From the NCBI GenBank assembly GCA_044892525.1, contig CM097885.1, positions 7,566,001-7,626,000 of the forward strand: a stretch of 60,000 nucleotides of DNA. The letters run 5' to 3'. Of this stretch, positions 1 through 13,821 are shown piece by piece. The stretch comes from Schmidtea polychroa (lineage: Eukaryota). Position 1 is the stretch's first letter. Each line of letters starts with the position of its first letter. Position numbers and translations under genes: made by a program. The notes below the pieces were generated by a model. It was not told the DNA's origin and did no database searches. It saw nothing but the letters and a program-made list of their open reading frames with translations.

Positions 1-140
1 TAATAAATATATTAAATACATAAATATGTTAACTATATAACATAAGTTTTATTTTCTCATCAGCCATTATTAGTGTAAGTGAAACTTTTTTGTATTGCCC
101 AAAACAACTCATCTTGTGTCTAAAAGGTTGGACACCCCTG
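1..140. mobile_element. End of a hAT (Charlie/Buster-type) DNA element running off the window start
   Basis: GGTTGGACACCCCTG ending at 140 is the reverse complement of a CAGGGGTGTCCAACC hAT terminus. It is followed by ATTTAGAA (NNNTANNN-type 8-bp target). Confidence 0.55.
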
Positions 141-928
141 ATTTAGAACTTTCTTGCCTGTTCAAAACATCTGTTGAAGTTAAAAATAATGATAAAACTA
201 CATCACGCCTTTAATCTGACGGTATTCTCCATTCTGGAACATAAGTATAAATTATTCTACTAATGCATCTTGAACATTTTTTCCAAGTGAGGTCCCTAAA
301 TATGGCAAACAAACTATTTTAATTTAAGTCGTTTTATTAATACAATAAAGATTCTGTCAAAAATAATAGTGTAAAAGTAATAAATGAAAAAGGAATACTT
401 CATTCACAATAAAGGATTATGGTATATCCCACCAAGAAGATCATGCATAATTTAATGCAGGACTAAACAAAAAATTGTCAATGAATTCGTCTAACATTTT
501 ATAATAAATACACTATTTTGATTATCTTTAAGTTTAATATTCAATAAATTTACTTCCATTTATATTAGAAAGAACAACAAACTTACCACTTTTGCTGATA
601 ACATCGTTTCATAAATATTTTCGAATATTATTCATACCAGATAATACAGTAAAACAATCATTATCTCTTGTAAATTTTAAGAAAGTAGTTGGAGATTTCA
701 AAAGACCATATTTGTCTATAAGACACCATAAAAGTGAACACCCACCAATCCAAAAAAACCAAAACGTCAATAATAAAGTTTTGATTCGTATGAAAAGTAA
801 TTATTATTCCAATTCAGAGGCAAGATTCTTCCTACTGAAGGCTCAGGGACCAACTGTCGTAAAGGCAGGGATAAAATATTTTCTGATACTTGACTATTTT
901 AGTCAGTACCAATGTTTATTATCATTAA

Positions 929-1004
929 TAGGTTTGCCACCTCAGACCTGGGTCTCCTCGGAGCCCGGAGATTACTCACTGAAACCCAGAGAGCTGGCAA
1001 CCCT
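929..1004. mobile_element. Tiny hAT-type MITE; related half-copy at ~1375-1448
   Basis: TAGGTTTGCCA...TGGCAACCCTT imperfect terminal inverted repeats. Internal GAGCCCGG-AGAT...CACTGAAACCC is shared with 1384-1410. Confidence 0.5.
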
Positions 1005-1877
1005 TGTCTCTGCACTATAATTAATAGAATAGAATTTCTATCCGCCAATTAAAATCAGCATCAATTTAATTGTGTAAGTAACTATCAATATAACTTACCA
1101 CTTATCATCAATAAACACGGAACACGGATTACCAAACTAGTCTAGACTATCATCAATGTAGTACTGTCTGAACAGACACAAAAGAGATTCTCTATTCACG
1201 TGCTTTCGCGCATTGTGCTAATATGAACGGTGCTATCGAATATGCGCGTCGATCGTCTCCGAAGTAGCGATGTTTCGGCGCAAAAGAGTGTTAGTTGTAA
1301 CGGCTGCCGCGAGATGTAGTTGACACAATTTTGTGTATATTCAATTTTACTTACGTCTACCAGAGAAATAATAGTTAAACCCAGAGCCCGGAGATAAATC
1401 ACTGAAACCCGAAGTCTCCGGGTCAAACCAGGAGAGGTGGCATCCTTAATCATCAAGGTAAAATTCTCACCAGATTCTTGCAACGTCCATTCACTTAAAA
1501 TTGGTTTAAATTTAGTTCAAGTTATGTCATTTTTAAATAAGTAATTTATTTAATTTTCTGAACTTTAAATCCTTTAGTCGTTATTTCTTATTGCTTGCAA
1601 TTATGTACCGTATAAATAACAAATATTTTCAAATTTTATTGATTTTAAATTTAAAAGAAGTTTTATTAAATTATTATAAGAAACAATTCATTTACAAAAT
1701 AATATGAGCAATAACGGTTTATATTTAAAATATATAAATCCATTTTATGTCCAAAAAATTTATGTTTTGTTTAAAGTTTGTTTAAAGTAATTTATACAAC
1801 ACAACCTTTTCAATTAATTGACGTATAATATTAATTTTTAGTTATAAATTTATTTATTAAATTAGTTAAGCGCATTA

Positions 1878-4800
1878 ATGGTTCTTACTTCGTATAATCT
1901 GTAAGTTTAAATGATGTTCTGACAAATTATTTAATTTTCAAATATTTAGACAAATAGAAAAAGATGCATTTATTATCTACAAATCTCAAAATGCAACTGA
2001 GTATGTTGTAATTGATAGATTATCAGAAGAAGTTACATTGCAAAGTTTTTAATTGTTTAGAAATTTATTGTTTATTGATTTTTTGAAGGAAAAATTAAAG
2101 TTGAGTTAAAAACAGACAATCTTAAAATATGGGGAATATGGGGAATGATTAAATTAATTTCGGGTATCTTAAGAATATTTTAAAGCTTGTTTTTAAAATA
2201 TATTGAGATCAGGTCATTTCCTTATCGTAATAAAAAATGTTGAAACTGTTGGAACGTTGAATAAACATGATATTTACAAAATTACTGAAAGTCAAATTAT
2301 TCCACTTTCTAGATCAAATCGTCACATTGTTGATACTCAGGTTGAATTGCAATTATATTTTATCAGAATTTATATTATTTTCATTTAGATTTTAATTGAA
2401 AGAGAATATTTACAAATGTTGGAAACTGTTTTGGCCACACAAGATTTTTATTTATCCCCAACAATGGATTTAACTCATTCTTTTCAAAGGTTACAAAACG
2501 TCAGTTTGGATTTTCATAATATGTCTATGTTTGAACGGGTAATTAGTTAATTAATCTTTTAATTAGAAATTAATTAATTTTAATTTATGCATTTTTATGA
2601 ATTATTTTAATTTATTTAACAATTTAATTTGTTAAAAACTGTTGATTATTTTAATTAATGTAATTACCGTAATTGCTCCACTTGATACACATCCTCTATC
2701 GGTTTCCTTGCATTTATTATCAAATCTATCATGATTTGTTTATTCTGTTCACCGATTTATATAAATTCATTGGAGCGTTCTAGAGCTCAATTATCAAATG
2801 TTTATCAATTTGCGAAGGTTGACCATGAATATCCGGCACAAAGGTGCACAATGCAGCCAGAATTGGGTTATAAATATCCTTGAAGCAAGCGGGTAGGGCT
2901 GGGGGATAATTCAAGAGTACTGGTTACTGTGTGTCCATCTGCCCCTCCCTCCCCTCCCTCCCACCACTAATCGCTAATTTACATATTTTACCAATTATTA
3001 CTCGTATTAAAACATTTAATAATTGGTTTAAATTCATGCAAATAACATTATTTCGGTGTATTTGTAGGCAGGCAAGATATACGCGTTTATGACCCCTACT
3101 AGTGCCACTTTATCACCCTTTCATAACGCCCTTCTAGTGCCACTTTATCACCCTTTCATAACGCCCTTCTAGTGCCACTTTATCACCCTTTCATAACGCC
3201 CTTCTAGTGCCACTTTATTACCCTTTCATAACGCCCTTCTAGTGCCACTTTATCACCCTTTCATAACCCCTTCTAGTGCCACTTTATCACCCTTTCATAA
3301 CCCTTTCTAGTGCCACTTTATCACCCTTTCATAACCCCCTTCTAGTGCCACTTTATTACCCTTTCATAACGCCCTTCTAGTGCCACTTTATCACCCTTTC
3401 ATAACCCTTTCTAGTGCCACTTTATCACCCTTTCATAACCCCTTCTAGTGCCACTTTATCACCCTTTCATAACCCTTTCTAGTGCCACTTTATCACCCTT
3501 TCATAACCCCCTTCTAGTGCCACTTTATTACCCTTTCATAACGCCCTTCTAGTGCCACTTTATCACCCTTTCATAACCCCCTTCTAGTGCCACTTTATTA
3601 CCCTTTCATAACGCCCTTCTAGTGCCACTTTATCACCCTTTCATAACGCCCTTCTAGTGCCACTTTATTGTCCTTTCATAACCCCCTTCTAGTGCCACTT
3701 TATTACCCTTTCATAACGCCCTTCTAGTGCCACTTTATCACCCTTTCATAACGCCCTTCTAGTGCCACTTTATTGTCCTTTCATAACGCCCTTCTAGTGC
3801 CACTTAATTGTCCTTTCATAACGCCCTTCTAGTGCCACTTTATCACCCTTTCATAACGCCCTTCTAGTGCCACTTTATCACCCTTTCATAACGCCCTTCT
3901 AGTGCCACTTTATTGTCCTTTCATAACGCCCTTCTAGTGCCACTTTATCACCCTTTCATAACGCCCTTCTAGTGCCACTTTATCACCCTTTCATAACGCC
4001 CTTCTAGTGCCACTTTATTGTCCTTTCATAACGCCCTTCTAGTGCCACTTTATCACCCTTTCATAACGCCCTTCTAGTGCCACTTTATCACCCTTTCATA
4101 ACGCCCTTCTAGTGCCACTTTATCACCCTTTCATAACGCCCTTCTAGTGCCACTTTATCACCCTTTCATAACGCCCTTCTAGTGCCACTTTATCACCCTT
4201 TCATAACGCCCTTCTAGTGCCACTTTATCACCCTTTCATAACGCCCTTCTAGTGCCACTTTATTACCCTTTCATAACCCCCTTCTAGTGCCACTTTATTG
4301 TCCTTTCATAACCCCCTTCTAGTGCCACTTTATTGTCCTTTCATAACCCCTTCTAGTGCCACTTTATCACCCTTTCATAACGCCCTTCTAGTGCCACTTT
4401 ATTACCCTTTCATAACCCCCTTCTAGTGCCACTTTATTGTCCTTTCATAACTCCCTTCTAGTGCCACTTTATTGTCCTTTCATAACCCCTTCTAGTGCCA
4501 CTTTATTGCCGTTTCATAACCCCTTCTAGTGCCACTTTATTGTCCTTTCATAACCCCTTCTAGTGCCACTTTATCACCCTTTCATAACGCCCTTCTAGTG
4601 CCACTTTATTGTCCTTTCATAACCCCTTCTAGTGCCACTTTATTGCCGTTTCATAACGCCCTTCTAGTGCCACTTTATTGTCCTTTCATAACCCCTTCTA
4701 GTGCCACTTTATCACCCTTTCATAACCCCCTTCTAGTGCCACTTTATTGCCGTTTCATATCCCCCTTCTAGTGCCACTTTATCACCCTTTCATAACGCCC

Positions 4801-7800
4801 TTCTAGTGCCACTTTATCACCCTTTCATAACGCCCTTCTAGTGCCACTTTATTACCCTTTCATAACCCCCTTCTAGTGCCACTTTATTGTCCTTTCATAA
4901 CCCCTTCTAGTGCCACTTTATTGCCCTTTCATAACCCCTTCTAGTGCCACTTTATTGTCCTTTCATAACCCCTTCTAGTGCCACTTTATCATCCTTTCAT
5001 AACCCCCTTCTAGTGCCACTTTATTGCCGTTTCATATCCCCCTTCTAGTGCCACTTTATCACCCTTTCATAACGCCCTTCTAGTGCCACTTTATTACCCT
5101 TTCATAACCCCCTTCTAGTGCCACTTTATCACCCTTTCATAACCCCTTCTAGTGCCACTTTATTGCCCTTTCATAACCCCTTCTAGTGCCACTTTATTGC
5201 CCTTTCATAACCCCTTCTAGTGCCACTTTATTGTCCTTTCATAACCCCTTCTAGTGCCACTTTATCACCCTTTCATAACGCCCTTCTAGTGCCACTTTAT
5301 TACCCTTTCATAACCCCCTTCTAGTGCCACTTTATCACCCTTTCATAACCCCTTCTAGTGCCACTTTATTGCCCTTTCATAACCCCTTCTAGTGCCACTT
5401 TATTGCCCTTTCATAACCTCTTCTAGTGCCACTTTATTGTCCTTTCATAACCCTTTCTAGTGCCACTTTATCACCCTTTCATAACCCCCTTCTAGTGCCA
5501 CTTTATTGTCCTTTCATAACCCCTTCTAGTGCCACTTTATTGCCCTTTCATAACCCCTTCTAGTGCCACTTTATTGTCCTTTCATAACCCTTTCTAGTGC
5601 CACTTTATCACCCTTTCATAACCCCCTTCTAGTGCCACTTTATTGCCGTTTCATAACCCCTTCTAGTGCCACTTTATTGTCCTTTCATAACCCCTTCTAG
5701 TGCCACTTTATCACCCTTTCATAACGCCCTTTTAGTGCCACTTTATTGTCCTTTCATAACCCCTTCTAGTGCCACTTTATTGTCCTTTCATAACCCCTTC
5801 TAGTGCCACTTTATTGTCCTTTCATAACCCCTTCTAGTGCCACTTTATTGCCGTTTCATAACGCCCTTCTAGTGCCACTTTATTGTCCTTTCATAACCCC
5901 TTCTAGTGCCACTTTATTGCCCTTTCATAACCCCCTTCTAGTGCAACTTTATCACCCTTTCATAACCCCCTTCTAGTGCCACTTTATTGCCGTTTCATAT
6001 CCCCCTTCTAGTGCCACTTTATTGCCGTTTCATATCCCCCTTCTAGTGCCACTTTATCACCCTTTCATAACGCCCTTCTAGTGCCACTTTATCACCCTTT
6101 CATAACGCCCTTCTAGTGCCACTTTATTACCCTTTCATAACCCCCTTCTAGTGCCACTTTATTGTCCTTTCATAACCCCTTCTAGTGCCACTTTATTGCC
6201 CTTTCATAACCCCTTCTAGTGCCACTTTATTGTCCTTTCATAACCCCTTCTAGTGCCACTTTATCACCCTTTCATAACCCCCTTCTAGTGCCACTTTATT
6301 GCCGTTTCATATCCCCCTTCTAGTGCCACTTTATCACCCTTTCATAACGCCCTTCTAGTGCCACTTTATTACCCTTTCATAACCCCTTCTAGTGCCACTT
6401 TATTGCCCTTTCATAACCCCTTCTAGTGCCACTTTATTGTCCTTTCATAACCCCTTCTAGTGCCACTTTATCACCCTTTCATAACCCCCTTCTAGTGCCA
6501 CTTTATTGCCGTTTCATAACGCCCTTCTAGTGCCACTTTATTACCCTTTCATAACCCCTTCCAGAGCCCCTTTATTTTCCTTATAGTGCCATTTGAACAG
6601 CGAAATGTGTGACGTAACCTTGGCATGCAGTACTGACATGATTATTAGTCGCATAATAAACACAATCGTTCCATTCAATATTTGATCCAGTCAAGTGTAC
6701 ATATTGAATGTTACACATCACACCATTTTCATATAATCATCCGATGAACTCTATCTGCCTCTCGTTGCTAAATTATACAATTATTATCATTATATATAAA
6801 TATATATATATTCATATAGTTTCCAATAATTATTATATCTCTGTTGGTTGCGATTTATGAATTATATATTGCGTTGAATAGCCGTGTTTATTGATTTTCA
6901 CATATAAATTGATGTCAGCAACACTTGATTAGTGATTTAATTTCAAAAATTATAATTATAGATAATATTTATTTCACAATCATGATAATTGATATTAATA
7001 CACCAAATTTCCATCATTTACGGAAAATATTCAGTTTTTTTCGCTATTAGCAAGATTTTTAATCTTCACATTAATATTCGAATTCCTAAATTTTTCTCAA
7101 TCATTTCATTTCGTTATTTTACAAATGAGGTGTCACTACGATAGAATAGATTCCCATTTTGTCCAATTAAAATTCACGAATCCCGCGTGGGACTTACCGC
7201 TCGCATGCGCTCACTATCCATTGGCGGGGATAAATAATTTCGTCTTAATAAAATAATTTTGTTAACAAGAAAGTTCTTGTTGTTAAAAATATAATTTTAA
7301 GGCTGATGAAAGGTTTGTATGGAATCGACATTTAGTAAACAATTTCGTCCAATTCCCTGAGCTACAGAAGTTTGTTCTTCCAATTATGCATGGATGTGAG
7401 TTATTCATTTTATTGTGTTATTATATTTTATAAATCATATATCAATTAATTACTTCCACTAGCCTAGTTTTACTGGATCATTTTTATATCATTTTATTCG
7501 TAGCTGGTATTTTATTATGACATTAAATTTAGTTAATTAGGATTTTAGTTTTACCTACAGTTTTTTCCATTATCATATTACTTGTTATTTTATATAATTT
7601 GTTATTAATTCAATTTATATATTTATAGATTTATTTTTAATTCTAGTTCAATAAAATATTAATTTTATTTATTTTGTATGAAAAAAAATTAATTCTAATT
7701 TGCAGTTGGTATTTTATTATGATAATAAATTTAGTTGATTTCGATTTGGTTTGACCTAGTTTTATTCAATATTATATTATTTGTTATTATAATTTGTTAT

Positions 7801-10800
7801 TAATTCAATTTATATATTTATAGATTTATTTTTAATTTTAGTTCAATATAATATTTATTTTATTATGATAATAAATTTAGTCGATTTCCATTTTAGTTTG
7901 ACCTAGTTTTATTCAATATCATTTTACTTGTTATTTTATTATTATAATTTGTTATTAATTTAATTTATAGATTTATTTTTAATTCTAGTTCAATAAAATA
8001 ATTATTTATCTAATATTTGCAATCTTTTATTTTTTTTGTATGAAAAAAAATTAATCCTAATTTTTTAAAATGGCTGTATCTAAAATCGATACAATCAATG
8101 TAAATCCGGGACGGGTGAGCTTATTTCCCTGAAAATAAACGAAATAATCTGCATAGCAACTATCAAATATTATGAAATATCATTAACACCAAATATCCTT
8201 TAGTCATCGGATCAATAAATTACAATTTTCCACATTCTGGTGGCCCATTCAGTATTTGGTTAATTAGTCGACGTAGTATTCACAGAGCCGGTACGAGATA
8301 TTATTCTCGAGGCTGTGATAATAATGGCAATGCTAGTAATTTCGTTGAAACCGAACAGATAGTTGTATTCGGTTCAGACATCGTTTCATTTATCCAGGTA
8401 ACGAGAATATTTCGCTCACAACAAACTAACCAAAATCGACCTTTTCCAGACCAGGGGCTCTATTCCATTAGTTTGGAGTCAGAAACCAAACCTTTATTAT
8501 AAACCAAAACCAAACATGTCAGTTCCCGAAGATGAACAAGTAGCCGTTTTGACTGAGCATTTCAATTCTCAGATTTATATCCATAAATACGGTCCTCAAA
8601 TCGTCGTTAATCTTCTTAACCAATCAGGATCAGAAAAACCTCTCGGATCACTTTTTGCTCGTATTTTGCACGATTCTCATTTGCAAAATGTCAAGTGGGT
8701 TTTTTCTCCGATAATTCTTATAAAATTAATTATTTTTGATTATTTAATTATAATTTTGTCAATTTCATTCATTTTTTAAATCTATTTATTAAAAAACTTT
8801 AAAATTTCTAAAAATATACATATAAAAATACTAATAAATTTTAAAAAAATTTGAAAAATAATTAAAAATTAAAAAATTTTCAGATGAAAATATATACTTG
8901 AATAAAGATTTTCTGAGTGTAAGAAAAATTTAAAAATAATTTTTTAAAATTAAAAATAATTTTAAAATTATAAAATTTTCAGAAGAAAGATCAGAGTAGA
9001 ATAATTGCTTAAATAAAGATTTTTCGAGTTTAGGATTAATTATAAAAACTTAAAGCTATAATTATCTGAAAAATTTTAAAAAGTTTAAATTTAAAAAAAT
9101 GTAAATTTATAAAAGAAAGATAAAAGTAGAGTATTTGCTTAATTGGAAATTTTCCGAAATTAGCACTGAATTTCAAAACTTAAATTTATTAAAAAATTAT
9201 AAGAAAAAATTTTAAAAATAATTTTTAAAAATTTAAAAAAATTTTTAAATTATAAAATTTTCAGAAAAAAGATCAGAGTAGAATATTTGCTTAAATAAAG
9301 ATTTTTCAAGTGTAGGATTAATTATAAAAACTTAAAGTTATAATTATTTATCTGAAAAATTTATTAAGAAATTTCAAAAAAAATTGTAAAAATTTTTTTG
9401 AAAAATTTTAAAAAATGTAAATTTATTAAAGAAAGTTCAAAGTAGAGTATTTGCTTAGTTGGAAAATTTCGAACATAGCACTGAATTTCAAAGCTTTAAA
9501 ATATTAAAAAATTATAAAAAAATCAGAAAAAATTGTAAAAATATTTTAAAAATTAAAAAAAAATTAAATTATAAAATTTTCAAAAAAAAGACAAAAATAC
9601 CTATTTAATTCAGCTATTGAAATGCACATTGAAATTTACACAATTTTTGCTGATTTTACCAAAATTATTTCGAACCGCGCGCCAAATTCTGACATTTAAA
9701 CAACGATAAAATACCTGTTAAATAATTCAGTTTTTAAAATTAAACAATTTCCCAGAAATTTTTTTTCTTTCATAAATCCAAAAACTGTTAAATATTAAAA
9801 ATTTATTTTAAAACGCGCGCCGAAATCTCACATTTAAACAACTTGAAATACCTGTTAAATAATTCAGTTATTGAAATCTACACAATTTTCGTTGATTTTA
9901 CCCAAATTATTTTAAATCGCACGCCACTCATTTAAACAATCACATTTACCTATAAATTTAGACATAATTTCCTAGGAAATCTGATTTCTTTCATTAATTT
10001 TCAAGAAAATGTTAAATATTAAAATTTTATTTAAATTGCGCGCCAAAATCTCACATTTAAACAACATTGAAATTTACACAATTTTTGTTGATTTTACCAA
10101 AATTATTTGAAAAGCCACCAATTTTTCATTGATTTAAACAAATACATTTATTTCTATTTGATTTGAGCTGATTTATCGTTTTTTAATGTCAATGATATTG
10201 ATTATTGCAAAATATCGATTTTATATATAAAATTGTATTTATTTGTTCAAATTTGTATGTGATATTGATTAAATAAAATGATTTCCAGATATGTCCCATT
10301 TGATTTTCATCACATGTGTAAAAATATGAAATGGGACAAATTAGAGATTTTAATGGACACTCTTTTGCCAGACATGGATGAAATGAAGTAATTGTTTCCA
10401 GTGATTTGATGTGTTGTCTCACCGTTATTATCACCGTAGATATCTGCACATGTCTGGTAAAGACTCACAGAAACCAACTGTGACCTATATACAAAATGGA
10501 GTATTTCGAACGAATTGCATCGATTGTCTCGATAGAACTAATGTCGTTCAATCAATGATTTCTTGGTGTGTCTTAGAAAGGATTCTGATTGATTTGAATA
10601 TTCTCCCAACTTCATCTAATGTGCAAAATCACTCTCGTGGTGAATTGCTTGATCAAACCTGCCCAGAACTTCATTTTCTCTATAAAAACCTTTGGGCTGA
10701 CAATGGAGATACTCTTGCTATTCAATACACTGGAACTGGAGCTCTTAAGAGTGATTTCACCAGAACCGGTATTTTTCTTTGTTTGAATTTCTTGCTCTTA

Positions 10801-12957
10801 CCCAATCGATCCCTTTCACATATTTTCGCTATAATAAAACTTAAACAATTCACTTTTTGTTTGCAATATACTCCACTACAAAATATATCAATATAAATAA
10901 CACTTGAGAGAAGCAGTGCTGAAAATCTCTTAAATTAAATTGAAAAGAAACACAAATGAAGATAAATAAAATTTAAAAGGATAAAACAAAAATCGATATC
11001 TTTACTGATTCATTTTTTCATTTTATTTTCTTTTTCACATTTTATAAATCTTTTTCCAAATATTAGACTCCAAAATGTCTTTCATCGTAATTAACCTTTT
11101 CAAATTAAAATTCTATTTGGATAAAAATTACATCATTTTGTTTATATTTCCTTATAAACTTTCAAGGTCATCACAATATCATGAAATATGTCCAGATCAA
11201 ATATAATTCAATTGAATCATTTATTTTTTAAATTAAAATTTTATTTAATTCATTTTAATTTTATTATTTAATTATTATTATTTTTTAATTTAAATTTTAT
11301 TTAATTACTTTTTTTTAAAATTTAAATTTTATTTAATTATTTTATTAATATTTTATTTTAATTACTTACGTTATTTATTTAATATTATTATTTATTTATT
11401 TTTTATTTTATTATTCTACATTTACATTTAATATATGCTAACAAGAGAGTAAATTATAACAATAATATTTCAATTTGAATAAAGTTTTAATTAGAAATTA
11501 TTTAATTTATTATAAAATAAAAAAAAGGAAAAAAAAGTATTAATATTAAATAAATAACATAATTAATTAAAATAAAATATTAATAAACTAATTAATTAAT
11601 GAAATGTAATAAATTAAAAATTGACTAAATTAAGTAATTAAAATAAAACATAATGAAATAATAAAATTAAAATGAAAAAAAATTTTTAAATGAAGTAATT
11701 AAATCAAATTTTAAAGGATAAAACAAAAAATGTGAACAAAAATTATTATTTTTTTTAATTTTAATTTTATTTAATATTATTATTTATTTTATTTATTTAT
11801 ATTTTATTTTATTATTTTACATTTAAATTTAAAATATGCTAACAATGGCGTAAATTATAACAATAATATTTCAATTTGAATAAAATTTTAGAAATTATTT
11901 AATTTTTTATAAAATAAAAAAAATTTAAAAAGGGAAAAAATAATAATTAATTAATTAAATGTAATAAATTAAAAATTAATTAAAGTAATTAAAATAAAAC
12001 ATAATGAAAAAAAAATTTTAAATGAATTAAATAAAATTTTAATTTAAAAAATAAATGATTCAATTGACCTATATTTGATCTGGACATATTTCATGATATT
12101 GTGATGACCTTGAAAGTGCGTTGGAGTCTTTACTACTTACTACTAATATAAACAATATTCACATTACTGTCAGTGATTAAAATAAACAGAAGATATCTAA
12201 AATGTAAAATTTATGCCAGATAATATTCAAGAATATATAAATATTATATGGCATATTTTAGATCGATAATATAAATAGATAAATAAATTCAATAAAATCA
12301 TATTCATTGATAATCATTTAATTTAATAATTGCATTTTAAGTTTAATATATTGAAATTATAAAACAAATGACTCAAAATATTTGCTCTTACAAACATGGT
12401 AAATCACAATAAAGCACATAGAAATCCAATAAGGTACATGAGTGAATAGAAAGGGAAAGTTGAGTAAAAACATAAAAACAAAATAAAAGATCATTTGAAA
12501 TAATTCCCGAATCATTCGACCAATAGGAAAACGTCTAGCATCCGGTGTAATGGCTGACGGTTACAAAAGCTCAGTGAGATACATCCTGAATAATTTCCGA
12601 GACGGTTTTAGACAAGATTCGATGGAACTGTTTTTGGGTAACTATATTGTCGACTCATTGGAAGGGTCCTCCATGAAACGTATGAGTCCACTCCAGCGGC
12701 CCCGTGGATGGAAATATCGAGGATTGCCATGGATTTTTGTGATGACATTGTCGTTACTAATACTCAGAATTCTGTTTCCATCAGGTAATGACTAATAACA
12801 CAAACGAATAATATCGCATAATATGATTCCAGGTGAATGGACCAATCAGGCAGTTCATCTGTTTCTATTGGTTTCATTTCTCGTCATTTGTTTGTCAGTG
12901 ATATTCAACAACGGCTACGATTTCGTCAACAGTCCCCGGTTGAAACGAGACGATTGA
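1878..12957 (+). CDS. SAC1: Phosphatidylinositol-4-phosphate phosphatase SAC1 (SACM1L-like), 12 exons
   Basis: Hand-spliced GT-AG exons 1878-1900, 1950-2044, 2089-2163, 2213-2340, 2389-2538, 7302-7395, 8204-8397, 8450-8694, 10289-10387, 10440-10768, 12527-12784 and 12833-12957 give one open frame. Sac motifs seen: ERADERFVWN, LISRRSIHRAGTRY, NFVETEQ, QTRGSIPLVWSQKPNL, FDFH, catalytic CIDCLDRT (10516-10539), [45 protein letters not shown], plus two C-terminal hydrophobic segments. Confidence 0.96.
3092..6565. repeat. 34-35-bp minisatellite, ~100 copies, in SAC1 intron 5
   Basis: Unit TAGTGCCACTTTATCACCCTTTCATAACGCCCTTC with period 35 (AGTGC at 3101, 3136, 3171). Head-to-tail with no unique spacers. 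Confidence 0.98.
7490..8065. repeat. Degenerate AT-rich tandem duplications in SAC1 intron 6
   Basis: Three related blocks containing GGTATTTTATTAT-GA...AAATTTAG and ATTTATAGATTTATTTTTAATTCTAGTTCAATA. Confidence 0.7.
8870..10140. repeat. Degenerate tandem duplications in SAC1 intron 8
   Basis: An ~285-bp block recurs (GATCAGAGTAGAATA near 8990 and 9271). It is followed by repeats of CGCGCC-AAAT-CTCACATTTAAACAAC near 9677, 9815, 9918 and 10038. Confidence 0.65.
11158..12117. mobile_element. Foldback-like element with ~100-bp near-perfect terminal inverted repeats in SAC1 intron 10
   Basis: ACTTTCAAGGTCATCACAATATCATGAAATATGTCCAGATCAAATATA... at 11158 is the reverse complement of ...TATATTTGATCTGGACATATTTCATGATATTGTGATGACCTTGAAAGT ending at 12117. 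The AT-rich interior holds a direct duplication. No clear TSD. Confidence 0.8.
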
Positions 12958-13343
12958 CTACAATCGGTCAGCATAGTTGATGCCAGCGGTGCTGTGGTGT
13001 TATCGCGCTCATTACCGACGAATAATATTAGTAACCAGAGCTACTATTTCGGATTAAATATCTCTGGTGATATCAAGTATTCCAATGATATAATTATTGT
13101 GTGATTCGCTTTTATTGTTCTTGTTTTGTTCGTTAATTATTATCTTTATTTTCCGGGGTTTTTATATATTCATTATTTTGATTGGTTCCTGTAGATTTTG
13201 GGATTTATCGACTTGCTTTCGGTTTTAATTGATTATTTGACAATAGGATCGATGTCGAGCCAGTTTGTTTTTTGCAGATAATCACAATCCCATTATTGAA
13301 GGTTGCAAATTGGAGCGTTGGAGTCCAAATTAGATATCCTGTT

Positions 13344-13821
13344 TCACCAAACGCTATGATATAACTGTTTGATCATCCTTTGAAGCCTGGTCATTATCAT
13401 GTTCATCCACGTTTCTAGACACTGAACAGGGTATCTATGCTGACAGAGCAACTCGTACACTTCATCGGCCACCTCATAATCTGACAGACAAATGGAACCT
13501 GTATCATTAACTGCGGTGATTTTCTTGACTTGTAATTTCTTAATGTCTGCCTCATTTGCTGGTGGAGGACCACTCTGTTCAAATTGATTCATAATACTCG
13601 TTACAAAATTGTCGAAACTTTGATCTGAAATTATGTAATCTGACGAATCGGATCTAAAATCAAGCGGCAGCAATCCACCAAATAAATTTGATATTAGTTG
13701 GCCAAAAACATTATTTCTGTTATCAGGATAAAAAAGGAACCATCAGTTTCGTTTGTAGTATTTCCATTGAGTTATCAGATTCAATAAATCCATCATTGCA
13801 CGTCACACATTTACCATCCAT
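13344..13821 (-). pseudogene. RNF126/RNF115-like RING E3 ligase pseudogene
   Basis: N-terminal MDGKCVTCNDGFIE (zinc-finger half like CPRCESGFIE) ends in a stop. In another frame: DY..DQSFDNFVTSIMNQFEQSGPPPA, then a RING-H2 with lost ligands (TGSIC, CQHRYPVQC) and no final CxxC. Confidence 0.75.

Noticed and set aside
150..1200. Possible minus-strand exons (GTAAGT donors near 585 and 1097) and ORF 592-1020
   Set aside because: The exon-like piece at ~587-718 has stops in all three frames and I recognise no protein. The ORF runs through a MITE.
3092..6565. CRISPR-like appearance and ORF 4529-4771
   Set aside because: There are no unique spacers or cas genes and it lies in a eukaryotic intron. 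The ORF is a by-product of the repeat. One TAACCC per unit is not a telomeric array.
8193..8203. ATATCCTTT resembling a U12 5' splice site
   Set aside because: It lies in the pyrimidine tract of a normal GT-AG intron acceptor, and the frame is explained without it.
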